Position numbers and translations under genes: made by a program. Under the pieces are notes generated by a model. The model was not told the DNA's origin, ran no database searches, and worked only from the letters and a program-made list of their open reading frames with translations. A stretch of DNA of 63,978 nt, the filler included, from Klebsormidium nitens (Eukaryota > Plantae > Klebsormidiophyceae), in assembly GCA_000708835.1 (NCBI GenBank). It is 7 parts of 7 records of this genome, joined end to end, with 100 filler letters (N's around TTAATTAATTAA, not from the genome) between each part and the next. Parts side by side here need not be neighbours in the genome. Positions count along the whole stretch, not along the records: positions 41,598 to 51,451 come from DF238182.1; positions 51,552 to 57,908 come from DF238395.1; positions 58,009 to 60,048 come from DF237174.1; 4 more parts are not named here. One strand, written 5' to 3'. Positions 47,129 through 58,009 of the stretch are shown here, one piece after another. Position 1 is the first letter of the stretch. Each line of letters begins with the position of its first letter.

Positions 47129-48499
47129 ATGAGACGCAAGAATTGTGCTTGCAAAAAGGCGCAAGCTACATTCGGGCATGAGAACGAGAAGCCCACCCGC
47201 TGCGCCTCTTGTAGGACCGAAGGCATGATTGACGTGAAACATAGAAGGTGCCTCTGCGGGAAGGCACGGCCTACATTCGGGCACGAGAACGAGAAGGCCA
47301 CCCGCTGCGCCTCATGCCAGACCAAAGGCATGATCGACATGAGAAGTAACAGGTGCCTCTGCGGGAAGGCACGGCCGACATTTGGGCTCGAGAACGAGAA
47401 GGCCACCCGCTGTGCCTCCTGCCGGACCGAATGCATGGTCAACGTGAGAAGTACAAGGTGCCTCTGCAAGAAGGCGCAACCTACGTACGGGCTAGAGAAC
47501 GAGAAGCCCACCCGCTGCGCCTCCTGCCGGACCGAAGGCATGATGAACGTGACAAGTAAAAGGTGCCTCTGCAAGAAGGCGCAACCTACGTACGGGCTCA
47601 AGGGCGAGAAGCCCACCCGCTGCACCTCCTGCCGGACCGAAGACATGATGAACGTGATAAGTAAAAGGTGCCTCTGCAAGAAGGCGCAAGCGTCATTTGG
47701 GCTCGAGGGCGAGAAACCCACCTGTTGCGCCTCCTGCCGGACCGAAGGCATGATCGACGTGAGAAGTAGAAGGTGCCTCTGTAAGCGAACGCAGCCCGTT
47801 TTCGGGCTCGAGGGCAAGAATCCCACCCGCTGCGCCGCTTGTAAGACAGAAGGCATGATCGACGTTATATATAAAAGGTGCCTGACAAACGGGTGCGATA
47901 CCAGAGTAGGGAAGCGTTACAAGGGATATTGCTTGAGGTGCTTTGTGTTCACGTTTCCGGGCGAGAAGGTGTCTCGTAACTACCGAGTGAAGGAGCAGCA
48001 CTTTACCGATTATATCAAAGCGTCGGGCGTCCTTCCAGAGGCTGCGGATATCACCTTTGACAAGAGGCTCCAGGGGGGGTGTTCGGGAAGGAAGCCGGAT
48101 ATCTTCGTTGACTTGTACACCCATACGGTACATTGTGAAAACGACGAGGACCAGCACCGCAACTACACGTGCGAGAACAAGCGGATGATGGAGCTCTTTG
48201 AGGATGCCGGAAGTCGCCCCCAAGTGCAGCTCCGGTTCAACCCGGACGGCTACACGTCTGTGGACGGGCAAAAGCACCCGGGTTGTTTCAGGTACAACAA
48301 GCTCGGGGTGCCGGTGATCCAGGACCAGGCGATGTGGGAGGAACGCATGAATGCATACCTGGAACGCTTACAGTACCATCTCACGCATGTGCCAAGCCGT
48401 GAGGTCACCGTGGAGCACATGTTCTACGATGGGTTCGAATGGAAGAGTACGGTAGAAAGCGACCGAGTATGTCAGAAGCGGAAGCGAGCTGATCGTTGA
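47129..48499 (+). CDS. EsV-1-7-like Cys-rich repeat protein with C-terminal Vsr/PD-(D/E)xK-like endonuclease
   Basis: Seven 35-aa (105-bp) repeats CLCxKAxPTFGxExEKxTRCASCRTEGMIDVxxxR at about 47144..47878, then RKPDIFVDL...HCENDEDQH...QLRFNPDGY, an architecture typical of NCLDV genes. Confidence 0.82.
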   Translation: MRRKNCACKKAQATFGHENEKPTRCASCRTEGMIDVKHRRCLCGKARPTFGHENEKATRCASCQTKGMIDMRSNRCLCGKARPTFGLENEKATRCASCRTECMVNVRSTRCLCKKAQPTYGLENEKPTRCASCRTEGMMNVTSKRCLCKKAQPTYGLKGEKPTRCTSCRTEDMMNVISKRCLCKKAQASFGLEGEKPTCCASCRTEGMIDVRSRRCLCKRTQPVFGLEGKNPTRCAACKTEGMIDVIYKRCLTNGCDTRVGKRYKGYCLRCFVFTFPGEKVSRNYRVKEQHFTDYIKASGVLPEAADITFDKRLQGGCSGRKPDIFVDLYTHTVHCENDEDQHRNYTCENKRMMELFEDAGSRPQVQLRFNPDGYTSVDGQKHPGCFRYNKLGVPVIQDQAMWEERMNAYLERLQYHLTHVPSREVTVEHMFYDGFEWKSTVESDRVCQKRKRADR

Positions 48500-49333
48500 A
48501 TAGTAGATCGTAGGTCATAAGAATGAAATAATTTTTGACAGTAAGCGGAACAACAAGTATGCTAGCACTTCCGTGGATCCGAATGCTGCGCGCCTGATAC
48601 AATTGCCATAATCATCAATCTGCCTTCGTGTATGTGCCATGTAGGCCCTGATGTTTGTTGAATGCAGACGAGTCCCGAGCTTCAGCGGAGGTGCCTCACG
48701 TTGGGGCACGTCCGTCGACGATAAACCAAAAAACTAGAATAATGGTCACCCAGACTCGCTACGGCTCCGAAGGAGCTGTGGATCATCAAAAGGGAGTCGC
48801 CGGATTCCAGCGACCTTCCCGCTTCAGTCTCCGCATGAGTGGCGGGTGGCGTGTCGTCAAACAGTAGCCGCGCGGCGCTACTAGGTCGCCCGAGATCTGG
48901 ACGATCCCGTCCGACACCGCCACGATATGTTGCATGGCCGCCGTGGCCGTCTGCATCGTCAGAGTCGGCGGCTGGACGGCGCTCGAAGCGACGGCCCGCA
49001 GATTGTCGACGACCTGCCTCGCAACGTGGTAGAATCCCGTCTTTGTCTCAAAAGCTCCACCGTCGACCCGGTATCTTGCTGCTCCGTCGTGCCGTATCCG
49101 GCGGCCACCGCTTCACAGAACGCGGGCAGCACCGCCGTCAATCCGGATGCCGTACACCTCACACAGCTGCCGCGTTGAGCGGCCACGACGAGTCGGAGAC
49201 GCCGATTTTGAAGAAAACATGCAGTAAGAAGCTCGAGCTTCGACCGAGATGCCCGCTCTTGGGCACGTCGGTCAAACGTCGGGGATCTATTCTAGGTGTT
49301 TTAGGTACGGGAGCACGAACCGCCAGGGGCCGA

Positions 49334-49561
49334 TCATCTGAAGAGGGGCGCTGGGTTCCACAGGCCTTCGCGCTTCAGCCTCTTCATCTGCTTGACCCCC
49401 TGATCGTGCTTCAACTTGCTGATGATCTGCCCGTCGTGCTTGCGCACCATCAGATCCTTTCTGGTCAGACCGGACCGGGTTTTCGCCTTCTCGCCGTTCC
49501 ATACCTTTCGCTTGTCGTTGGCCGCGAAATTCCTCCCAGGGTGCTTCGGTTCCTTTCCCAT
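49334..49561 (-). CDS. DVNP-like (dinoflagellate/viral nucleoprotein) small basic protein
   Basis: DKRKVWNGEKAKTRSGLTRKDLMVRKHDGQIISKLKH matches the DVNP pattern (RxxVWxGxxxKTxGGLxKxDLxxNKxGxIVSKKK). Confidence 0.8.
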   Translation of the reverse strand: MGKEPKHPGRNFAANDKRKVWNGEKAKTRSGLTRKDLMVRKHDGQIISKLKHDQGVKQMKRLKREGLWNPAPLFR

Positions 49562-49620
49562 CGGAGCGGAGAGTATGATCGATGTTGTATGCTAGAGAAA
49601 ATAAAGTCGAGAGCTCGATT

Positions 49621-51451
49621 TCATTTCCGAGATCTCGCGGCGATGTCTCGCAGGGTCCGAAGACCCCCCTCCGGTAGCTTTCGTAGATCGTCTTCCGTCA
49701 GGAGGAAGTCGACTTCCGTTCGGCCGCGCTCCTCTCTCAGCGCCTTCAGTGCATTAGATATGAGTCCCTCTTTGCTCACGAAGAGCACCTTGCGGTCCTT
49801 CCAGTCCGGAGGAGGGACGTTGTTGCTGGGACAGACCAGGAACACCGGGAGCCCTCGCAGCTCGTCTTTGAGGGTGTCGGGGCCGAAGACGGTGACGTGA
49901 GAACCCCCTTGGTCCCGCACGTAGCGCCCGACCGCGGCGTTCAGGTCCCCTCGAGTTCGGTAGACGGCCCCTTGGCGGGCTTTCGTCCTCATGTGCTTGT
50001 CCAGGTGCTTTTTAGCCAGTTGTGCTTCGGCGCCTCCCTTGACGGCCTGGAGGACCTTGCGGAGCAGCTCTTCTCTCCCTTCTCTCTCTCGCCGGCTCAG
50101 CGCCTCGACGCGTTGCAGTGCGGAGGCCAGAGCCCCCTGTTGAGCCGCCGACTCCGCATGTCTCCGTTCGAAAGCCTCTTTTTCTGCCTGCGTCTTCGCC
50201 AGCGTTTCGGTGAGAGTATCGTGGGTTTTCTTCAGGTCCTCGATCTCTGTCTCGCGATTATGAAGCTCCAGTCTCAGGGATTCGATGACCCCTGGATCAT
50301 GCTGAGAACCGGCGTCCTCCTCGCATGCCTTCAGCCGTGCTCGGAGTTCGTTTTGCGACGCTTCGGCCATCTTTCGTTCTGAGGTCGAGTCTCGGAGGAG
50401 GGTTTCTATCTCTTTTTCTCTCTGCGACAGCACGAGTCTCTCTCTTGCCGTCCCGTCCTGTGCGTTACGAAGATCCGAACGCATGCTCTCGAGGTTTCTT
50501 TGGGCGGATGCCTTTACCGTTTCTCGATCTCGGCGGCATCTTTCGAGTTCGGCGGTGAGGTCTGGAATCCGCTCTTTCGAATCGTCTTCGCGACACGCCC
50601 GCACTTCCCTCTCGAGTGCGTCGATCCTACTCTCTGAAGCCCGTAGGTAGTTCGTCTGTTTTTTTAGTAGAGTCTCTTTTTCCGCTAATGATGCTTCTCG
50701 TCTTTTCGAATCATCTTCGGCGACCTCGATTCTTACTCGCAACTCCTCTCTTTCCTTCTGACAGTCGGGCAGGGTCTTTCTTTCTCGCAGGAGCTGCGCC
50801 ACGAGGGTTTCGACCGGCTTCGGCGGGATTCTAGGGATGCGTAGTGCATCGTGCACCTTCTCACTCAGACCAATCGCGTCGGCACGGATGGCTCGAGAGA
50901 CTCGACTGAGTTCTACGATTTTCGGTTCCGGTCGGGCAGAGTCGGGCTGCGTCTCGTGTGCGAACAACGTCGATGAAGCGCTTTCGATGTTTCTTGCGGT
51001 GAGGTCGATCGTTGCGAGGATTCTCTGCAACGCTTCGGCCCCCGATCTCCCTCTCACGGTGGTCGTCACCACGCGTGCGGGCGTCGATGTCGCGTTTGCG
51101 TAGTGAATCATGGCGTCGAGCACGGCTTTCTCGTCTTTGTGATCGGCCAGCAGCTCGCTCACATCTGCCACCTTGTTTTTTTGGGCTCGGTGCAGGAGCT
51201 CGGCGACGAGGGTCTGAGCGTGCGTCGCGTCCCGGTCTTCCCCGCACACCAGTCTCACCAGTTCGGGACAGCTCTTTGTGTCGCCCAATCCGGAGACGCC
51301 ATCCGGAAGTTCGAGCACGAGTTGGAAGACCCCGCCCGTTTGCCCGGGTGGGAGACGTCTCCGGCACGCATTCTTGGCTCGGTCGGCTGCGGAGATCAGA
51401 AGGTCGATGTGCGTCCGGTCGACGAGCTTCTCGTCCTTCCAGCCTTCGGGA
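49621..51451 (-). CDS. Long coiled-coil hypothetical protein (5' end in gap)
   Basis: Frame open from the gap at 51451 to 49621, with a heptad-like E/K/R/L-rich middle. No family recognised. Confidence 0.65.
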
Positions 51452-51551
51452 NNNNNNNNNNNNNNNNNNNNNNNNNNNNNNNNNNNNNNNNNNNNTTAAT
51501 TAATTAANNNNNNNNNNNNNNNNNNNNNNNNNNNNNNNNNNNNNNNNNNNN

Positions 51552-52801
51552 GAGCGGAAGATCCCTCATTCACGCTAAGCCCGGTGCTTCTCGTCCCTCC
51601 GTCATTACCGACCGTCGTGTCAGCACTCTAGTGCTTTCGACCTGCATCGCGTTTGTACAACGCTCAGGCACGACTTGTTTTCCCTTCCGTCGACCCCGTG
51701 CCCCTGCATGATGAGGTCGCGTACGGTTACAGGTCTGAAAGGTGTGCGGGTCGCGGTATGCGAGGAGGCGAGCAACTCCGACACTCTGAACGAGGCTGCC
51801 CTCAAGAAGCTGGTGGGGACGGAGGTCATCACGAGCAGAGAACTGTACAAGGCATTCGTCACGTTCGAGACGACCCAGCTGGTGAGTTGGCCTGAAGGGT
51901 TTGGGGTTTGGGGAGTGCCACGTGTCACTGTCTGATTGGTGGGACAGATGGGACGGCTGGGACAAACAAGAGACCCTGGGGATGCCGGCCAGATTCTCGA
52001 AGGGATCCCCTAACACCTCAGGCGGCAGGAGTGGTATCGCATAGAGTTCGAAATCTGTACTGTGCCGTGATTATTGAAAGTGCTCCCCACGCTGACCACC
52101 CCGTCGCCGACTCTGATCGAAAAAACATGTACTAGGCTGTGCCAGCCGTCTCGGAAACGAAAAGAACTATCTGTGCCTACAAACGCACTCGCCTACCCCT
52201 GCAGCACATACTGTGCACGAACGAACTTCCCGCACCCGAGAGCAGCTGGACGATCGCCCTGCAGCGACGGATCACGATGGCCTACTTCATGAAGAGGTAC
52301 TTCGCCTCGATCGAGGATGGCTACGACCCAGACAACCCACTGCACGGCAGGGCTGATCCCACGCTGATGACGAAGTTGTCCGACCCCGTCAACCAAGCGG
52401 CGTGCTTGGTCTTCCTGGTTCAAGGGGCTGTCAGCTACTTCCGAGACGGCCAAAAGCTGCTGGAGATGCCATCCAGGAGCCGCGATATCATGAACAGCTA
52501 CCAGCTCTCGACGGACCCATTCTTAGCCTTCCTCGACAACAGCTGTGTTGTCGGAGACTTCTTCGTGGGATCCAGGGAGCTCCTGGACGAGTACAACAAC
52601 GGAAACAGGAAGGTCGATGGCAAAGAGGTCGGACGCCTCGTGAAGATTGATGCCAGCCAGTTGAAGCGAATGATGCAGCTGAGGGGGTTTGAGGAGCCCA
52701 ACAAGGCGCGGTGCCTCGGATTTCCGGAGTTCGGCTCGACCAGAGGTTACAAAGGTCTCAGGCTTAAGACGGACGGCGAATTAGAAGACGATGCAGAGTA
52801 G
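51552..52801 (+). CDS. D5-like superfamily-3 primase-helicase C-terminal part, spliced (exons 51733..51881, 52205..52801)
   Basis: LKGVRVAVCEE (Walker B region), LNEAALKKLVGTEVITSRELY, then across intron 51882..52204 TFETTQL|HILCTNELP...ALQRRI (sensor-1/Arg-finger region). A further upstream intron ending TTACAG at 51732 is likely. Confidence 0.82.
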
Positions 52802-53146
52802 TCAGTTGAATGTTGCGGGCCGCGTATAGGTCTGCAATAGGCATGCAGTAGTATTCCACAGATGCGCCTTATCTGCTGATACGACGAGTTCTTTGTGTAG
52901 AAGAAGAATTGCATGGAACAGCTAGGCATGTTTGGCATCTGTGGAAGTGCCGGGCAACCAAGAACGTCAAACCAACGTCACACGAGACCATGATTGTACG
53001 TTCGCATCCTTGTAGTATGTCCGCTTGTGGTCCACGTCCGAATATCGAGCAAGCAAGTATAGAATTACAGATTGATTGCTTGTTAGTATGTACAGTAGTC
53101 AGACGTTCTAGCCACGCTCAAGCGGTACCCCCTCACATGGATACAC

Positions 53147-54607
53147 CTACTTCTTGGCCCGCCTCAGATCTCTTGCACGCTGTATGTACGGTTTCTCCTG
53201 GTTGAGGAAGGCCACCTTGTCTTGTATGGTGGCTATAGCCGACCGCTTACTGGGTAACGCCCCCTTGTTGCCGGTTCGCTTCCTTTTTGCACTCTCCATA
53301 TCTTCGGGTCTTGCTCCCTTCCACCACTCCGCACGGTCGACTTGAGGCTGCGCTGTCCGCGGGGCGGTCTGGTTGATAGCTTGTGCCCCTAAAACCTCCT
53401 TGGAAATCTTTTTCATGGTCTCCGATTCCCAAGGAGCTGAGATTGGACACGGAGGGGCAGACTCGTGGTGGCCGAAAAAGATCGACGTCCATGTGGTCCC
53501 CTTTTTCGCTTCCGTGGCCGCCCATGACCAGTACGTATCTTCCGATGCGCCAGCCGGTAGAGGGTTTACGCTCGAAGGATTGTCTTCTTTGGTGAAGGTG
53601 ATCGGGCTTTTAGGCTCGGTGTGGAGCCTCGGGCCTCTCTCCGCGTCGTCAAGGTTCCGCGACGGTTCCGAAGGAGACAGTGCTGCTCTGAAGCACTCTT
53701 CCTCCGGTGGAGGTTCCGGTGCCCGCTCGACGGGCGTGCTTACAGGCCGCCATGAGCACTTGCCGGGTTGCCAGACAAAGCCCCATCTCTTGAACTGAGT
53801 CTTCTCGACCCCAGTAGGATCAGACGCCACGCACGTCGCCGCGTATCGTGCCACCAGTTCGTCCGTACTCGAGGCGCTGATGGCACTGAGGTACGTCTCG
53901 AAGAACCGACGGGAGTCCACCTTGGCACCTAGGAACGCCCTGCGGCCGAGACGGCGTCGCAGCGAGAAGAGGCCTTGTGCGGTGTCGAAGACCACGGTGC
54001 GATTCGATGCGAACGGGAAGCTCAGGCCCCTGACCTCGATGGAGAAGATGGCGAACTCTGACGTGGCAGGAGCTGGAGGCCTGTTGGTCAGATCGCCCGC
54101 GACTCGCTCCACCACCGGTATGTGCCGGCCGTCGCACGCCTCGTCTCGGCACTCCTCGCTCTTGCACGACCGAGGTGTTCTGCAGTCGACTACCCAGATC
54201 ATGTCGTCGTGCACGGTCTCTCTCTTGAGCATCTCGGTCGACGAGATGGCGCTGTGCTGGACCTCGACGACCGTGCCGTTCGAACAACGGATGTCCGCGA
54301 TGCATCGGACGGCCCGTCCTGCGATGGTCGCCTCCACGGGTACTTCGACGTGCTGCGGTAGGCAGATCTCCTGCCATGCGGCGTGCCAAGACGTCATGGG
54401 CTCGGTGGACGTGGCGTAGGCGGTGCATGCCACCTGATGAGCGTAGTGGTGGACCTTGAGAGCACCTCTTTTGGCGATCAAGCCCCCGGAACAGGCAGCG
54501 CAGGTGATGTTCCCCTTCATTTCGCGAACGTAGTCGGAGATGTGGATCTTCCGAGGAGGAGACCCTTCCGGACTCGGAGGGTGCCAGGCACCGAAGAGGA
54601 GAGACAT
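53147..54607 (-). CDS. CoiA-like nuclease with N-terminal zinc ribbon and low-complexity tail
   Basis: CAACSGGLIAKRGALKVHHYAH, EPMTSWHAAWQ, IADIRCSNGTVVEVQHSAIS...MIWVVD. Confidence 0.8.
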   Translation of the reverse strand: MSLLFGAWHPPSPEGSPPRKIHISDYVREMKGNITCAACSGGLIAKRGALKVHHYAHQVACTAYATSTEPMTSWHAAWQEICLPQHVEVPVEATIAGRAVRCIADIRCSNGTVVEVQHSAISSTEMLKRETVHDDMIWVVDCRTPRSCKSEECRDEACDGRHIPVVERVAGDLTNRPPAPATSEFAIFSIEVRGLSFPFASNRTVVFDTAQGLFSLRRRLGRRAFLGAKVDSRRFFETYLSAISASSTDELVARYAATCVASDPTGVEKTQFKRWGFVWQPGKCSWRPVSTPVERAPEPPPEEECFRAALSPSEPSRNLDDAERGPRLHTEPKSPITFTKEDNPSSVNPLPAGASEDTYWSWAATEAKKGTTWTSIFFGHHESAPPCPISAPWESETMKKISKEVLGAQAINQTAPRTAQPQVDRAEWWKGARPEDMESAKRKRTGNKGALPSKRSAIATIQDKVAFLNQEKPYIQRARDLRRAKK

Positions 54608-55104
54608 GGTGAATTGGGGATGATGGTGTGGCCTGCGCTTCCTTAAGCCTCGCGCTCACATAATAGTGATCGATGCATGTGCTTAGGTGCGAAGGTTTTT
54701 GAATACAATCAGATGGACGAACACATCGACCGTGTCGATGCATGTGACACACCATGACATGTACAATTGCAGCCGCGCTCTCCCTTCCAATGAGAATCTT
54801 GAATGTTCTTACGGATCCCGCTTTAAGAGATTACAAGACTTCACTTCCGTATTGGGTTTCTAAGTCAATCAAATGCTGTGGTTTTCAACGATATAGGAAA
54901 TTGAGGTTCGACAAGTCTCCACTCTTAAGATGTACTTCCGTCACAACCTTGAAGAACGTTAGGGTGTCTTGCTTACGGCAATGGCGACAGCTATAACGAC
55001 AAGAACAGTGGCAACGATGACGGAAATGGTAGATACATGAAGGCAAATAACAAACTTCGGCCGGCACCGGGTGCCCAGGGCTTCTCCCGAGCGTGCAGCG
55101 TTCG

Positions 55105-56945
55105 CTAACACCGCAGCGGGGTTTTCGTGTGACTCTCCCGCAATCTCGGCATGTCCAGATGTTTCGGCCAGAGCGCCCTCTCCAAGGGGCGCAGGTCTAG
55201 GGTGGGGGGATTCTCCTCCGTTTCCGTTTCTTCTTGACGCAGTCCCCCCTCTCCTCCGCCCGACTCGACGGCCTCGCCGGACAGATCGTCAGCGCGCCAA
55301 GCTTCGCTTTGGAACCACTTCAATGCAGCTGGCCAAGTCCAGCCGACTGGTTTCCAACCCCTGAGTTGGTCTTCCAGATCCTCCGTCGTGGAGACTTCCT
55401 CGCACATTGTCCTTGCCTTCAGCCTATCCTGTTTAACGCCATTTTGGCCGACCCAGAGCATCCAAGCTGACGTGAGTTTTGAGGGTGCGTTGAAACTCAA
55501 CGAAGATTCGAATAATCGCAACGCCTCGACCCAGTTCGGTGCACCTCCTAGACCCTCCATCAAGTACTCCGCCAAATTGGCCTTAATGCCGGGGTCCCCT
55601 TGCTCAGCAGCCGTTCGCATCCACTTGACCGCTATCGCCCCGTCCTTCTCGACCCCCCTGCCGTCAGCATAGCATTCGCCCAATTTGTATTGCGCCCACG
55701 CGTTGCCTTGCTCGGCGGCCTTCGCGTACAGCTCCGCGGCGCGCGCCTCGTCCCTCTCCACGCCTGTGCCGGTTTGGTAGCACATGCCCAGGTAGCGCTG
55801 CGCCGTCGCGTTGCCCTGCTCGGCGGCCTTCGCGAACAGCTCGGCGGCGCGCGCCTCGTCCTTCTCCACGCCCTTGCCGAACCAATAGCACAGGCCGAGG
55901 TAGCACTGCCCCCTCGCGTCACCCTCATCGGCGGCCTTCNNNNNNNNNNNNNNNNNNNNNNNNNNNNNNNNNNNNNNNNNNNNNNNNNNNNNNNNNNNNN
56001 NNNNNNNNNNNNNNNNNNNNNNNNNNNNNNNNNNNNNNNNNNNNNNNNNNNNNNNNNNNNNNNNNNNNNNNNNNNNNNNNNNNNNNNNNNNNNNNNNNNN
56101 NNNNNNNNNNNNNNNNNNNNNNNNNNNNNNNNNNNNNNNNNNNNNNNNNNNNNNNNNNNNNNNNNNNNNNNNNNNNNNNNNNNNNNNNNNNNNNNNNNNN
56201 NNNNNNNNNNNNNNNNNNNNNNNNNNNNNNNNNNNNNNNNNNNNNNNNNNNNNNNNNNNNNNNNNNNNNNNNNNNNNNNNNNNNNNNNNNNNNNNNNNNN
56301 NNNNNNNNNNNNNNNNNNNNNNNNNNNNNNNNNNNNNNNNNNNNNNNNNNNNNNNNNNNNNNNNNNNNNNNNNNNNNNNNNNNNNNNNNNNNNNNNNNNN
56401 NNNNNNNNNNNNNNNNNNNNNNNNNNNNNCCTTCTCCACGCCCGTGCCGTTCTCGTAGCACACGCCCAGGTTGCACTCCCCCCTCGCGTGGCCCTGGTCG
56501 GCGGCCTTCGTGTACAGCTCGGCGGCGTGCGCCTCGTCCTTCTCCACGCCCCTGCCCTTTTCGTAGCAGTAGCCCAGGTTGCACTGCCCCCTTCGTCGCC
56601 TTTTGCTGCGGCCCACCAATGTTGACTCGCTCCCTGGAGCGCCCCACACCCGCTCAGATCCAGGCTCGTCAGCCCCGCGAGCCGCCCAACCGACTCCGGC
56701 AGGCTCCACAGCGCTGCGCACTCGCCCAGGTCGAGGCTCGTGGGCCCCGTCAGCCGCCCGACCGACTCCGGCAGGCTCTGCAGCGCTCCGCACCTGCTCA
56801 GGTCCAGGCTTGTGAGCCCCGTCAGCCGCCCGAGCGACCACGGCAGGCCCTGCAGCGCCTCGCACCCGCTCAGGCCCAGGCTCGCCAGCCCGGTCAGCGC
56901 CCCGACCAACTCCGGCAGGCTTGCTAGCGCTCCGCATGCACCGCA
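55105..56945 (-). CDS. LRR plus SEL1-repeat protein (one frameshift near 56588; middle in gap)
   Basis: 24-aa LRRs LPESVGRLTGLTSLDLSGCGALQS, then SEL1 repeats (GQCNLGYCYEKGRGVEKDEAHAAELYTKAADQG). The frames join by one base in a G/C run. Confidence 0.75.
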
Positions 56946-57671
56946 TTCCGCCGTACATCGACGCGGAATGGAAAGTGATGCACAGTTCACATGGCAGCGA
57001 ATGCCATTCAAGCGGCACTCACCAAACGATCAGGGGGAACAAAAGTTTCTCCAATATACATACATCTTATAAATCTCGGAAGCAAAATTTCCCTGTAAAA
57101 TATTGAGAGGTGCCACGGTTCCCGGATGGCATGAGCGGTACGATTCCGGGCGGTATGGAACAAGGTGCAGAAAACAGCACTGGCCGAAACGTCGAAGGTA
57201 ATCGTCAGGCTTGACTAGATGGTACTGCTATCAAATTCACAATACATTATCATAATAACAATCCGATGACGATGCCATCTAAACCTCAACATGCAATTTG
57301 TGATCAGTTCAGGTTCAAACCAAACTTGAAGGCATGAATAGGAGTCACATAGACAGCGACAACAGGTTGCACATTATTCTACTCAAGCCACACGACCTTG
57401 TACTTGCCAATTGGACAGCTAGTACATCACTCGTAAGCTATTGCAACATTTGACAGCATTTGACGACAGAGACTCATGTACTCTAGATGTAGGTGAAGAG
57501 AAATAATTGCCAACAAGATGCATACTCAAGGCAACGAGTGATCGCGAATCAAGCTAATCAATGGCTCAATAGGTCTAGCATGTCAAGACAACATGTAATA
57601 CAGCACTGCGCTCGCAGGCCTCGATCTAGGGCGGCTATCAGTACCTCTGCCAGAACCTTCCCAACCAAGTT

Positions 57672-57908
57672 TTACGTTCGGACCCATGTCGGCCGCGCCC
57701 TGGAGGCGGCCGCCAGCGCCTTCGCCCCTGCGTCCCCGATCGAATTGCTCCCGAGGTCCAGCGTCCGCAGCGCCGGGAGGGAGCCGCGCTCCAGGGCGGC
57801 CGACAGCGCCTTGGCCCCCGCATTCCCGATCGAGTTGCACCCGAGGTCCAGCCTCTGCAGCGTCGGGAAGGGGCCGCGCTCCAGGGCGGCCGCCAGCGCC
57901 TTCGCCCC
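57672..57908 (-). CDS. RNI-like 28-aa LRR gene fragment (3' end)
   Basis: Manual translation gives GAKALAAALERGPFPTLQRLDLGCNSIGNAGAKALSAALERGSLPALRTLDLGSNSIGDAGAKALAAA. Confidence 0.75.
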   Translation of the reverse strand, partial: GAKALAAALERGPFPTLQRLDLGCNSIGNAGAKALSAALERGSLPALRTLDLGSNSIGDAGAKALAAASRARPTWVRT

Positions 57909-58009
57909 NNNNNNNNNNNNNNNNNNNNNNNNNNNNNNNNNNNNNNNNNNNNTTAATTAATTAANNNNNNNNNNNNNNNNNNNNNNNNNNNNNNNNNNNN
58001 NNNNNNNNC

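Noticed and set aside
47005-48277. Long antisense ORFs over the Cys-rich repeat gene, and a CRISPR-like interpretation of the 105-bp repeats
   Set aside because: These are shadow frames of an in-frame coding repeat. There is no repeat-spacer structure and no cas genes.
48839-49900. 353-aa plus-strand ORF
   Set aside because: Arg/Ser/Pro-rich shadow of the minus-strand DVNP and coiled-coil genes.
21666-52801. Prim-Pol (21.7-23.5 kb) and D5 helicase (51.6-52.8 kb) as two halves of one split gene
   Set aside because: They are separated by three linkers and several other genes, so no direct support exists.
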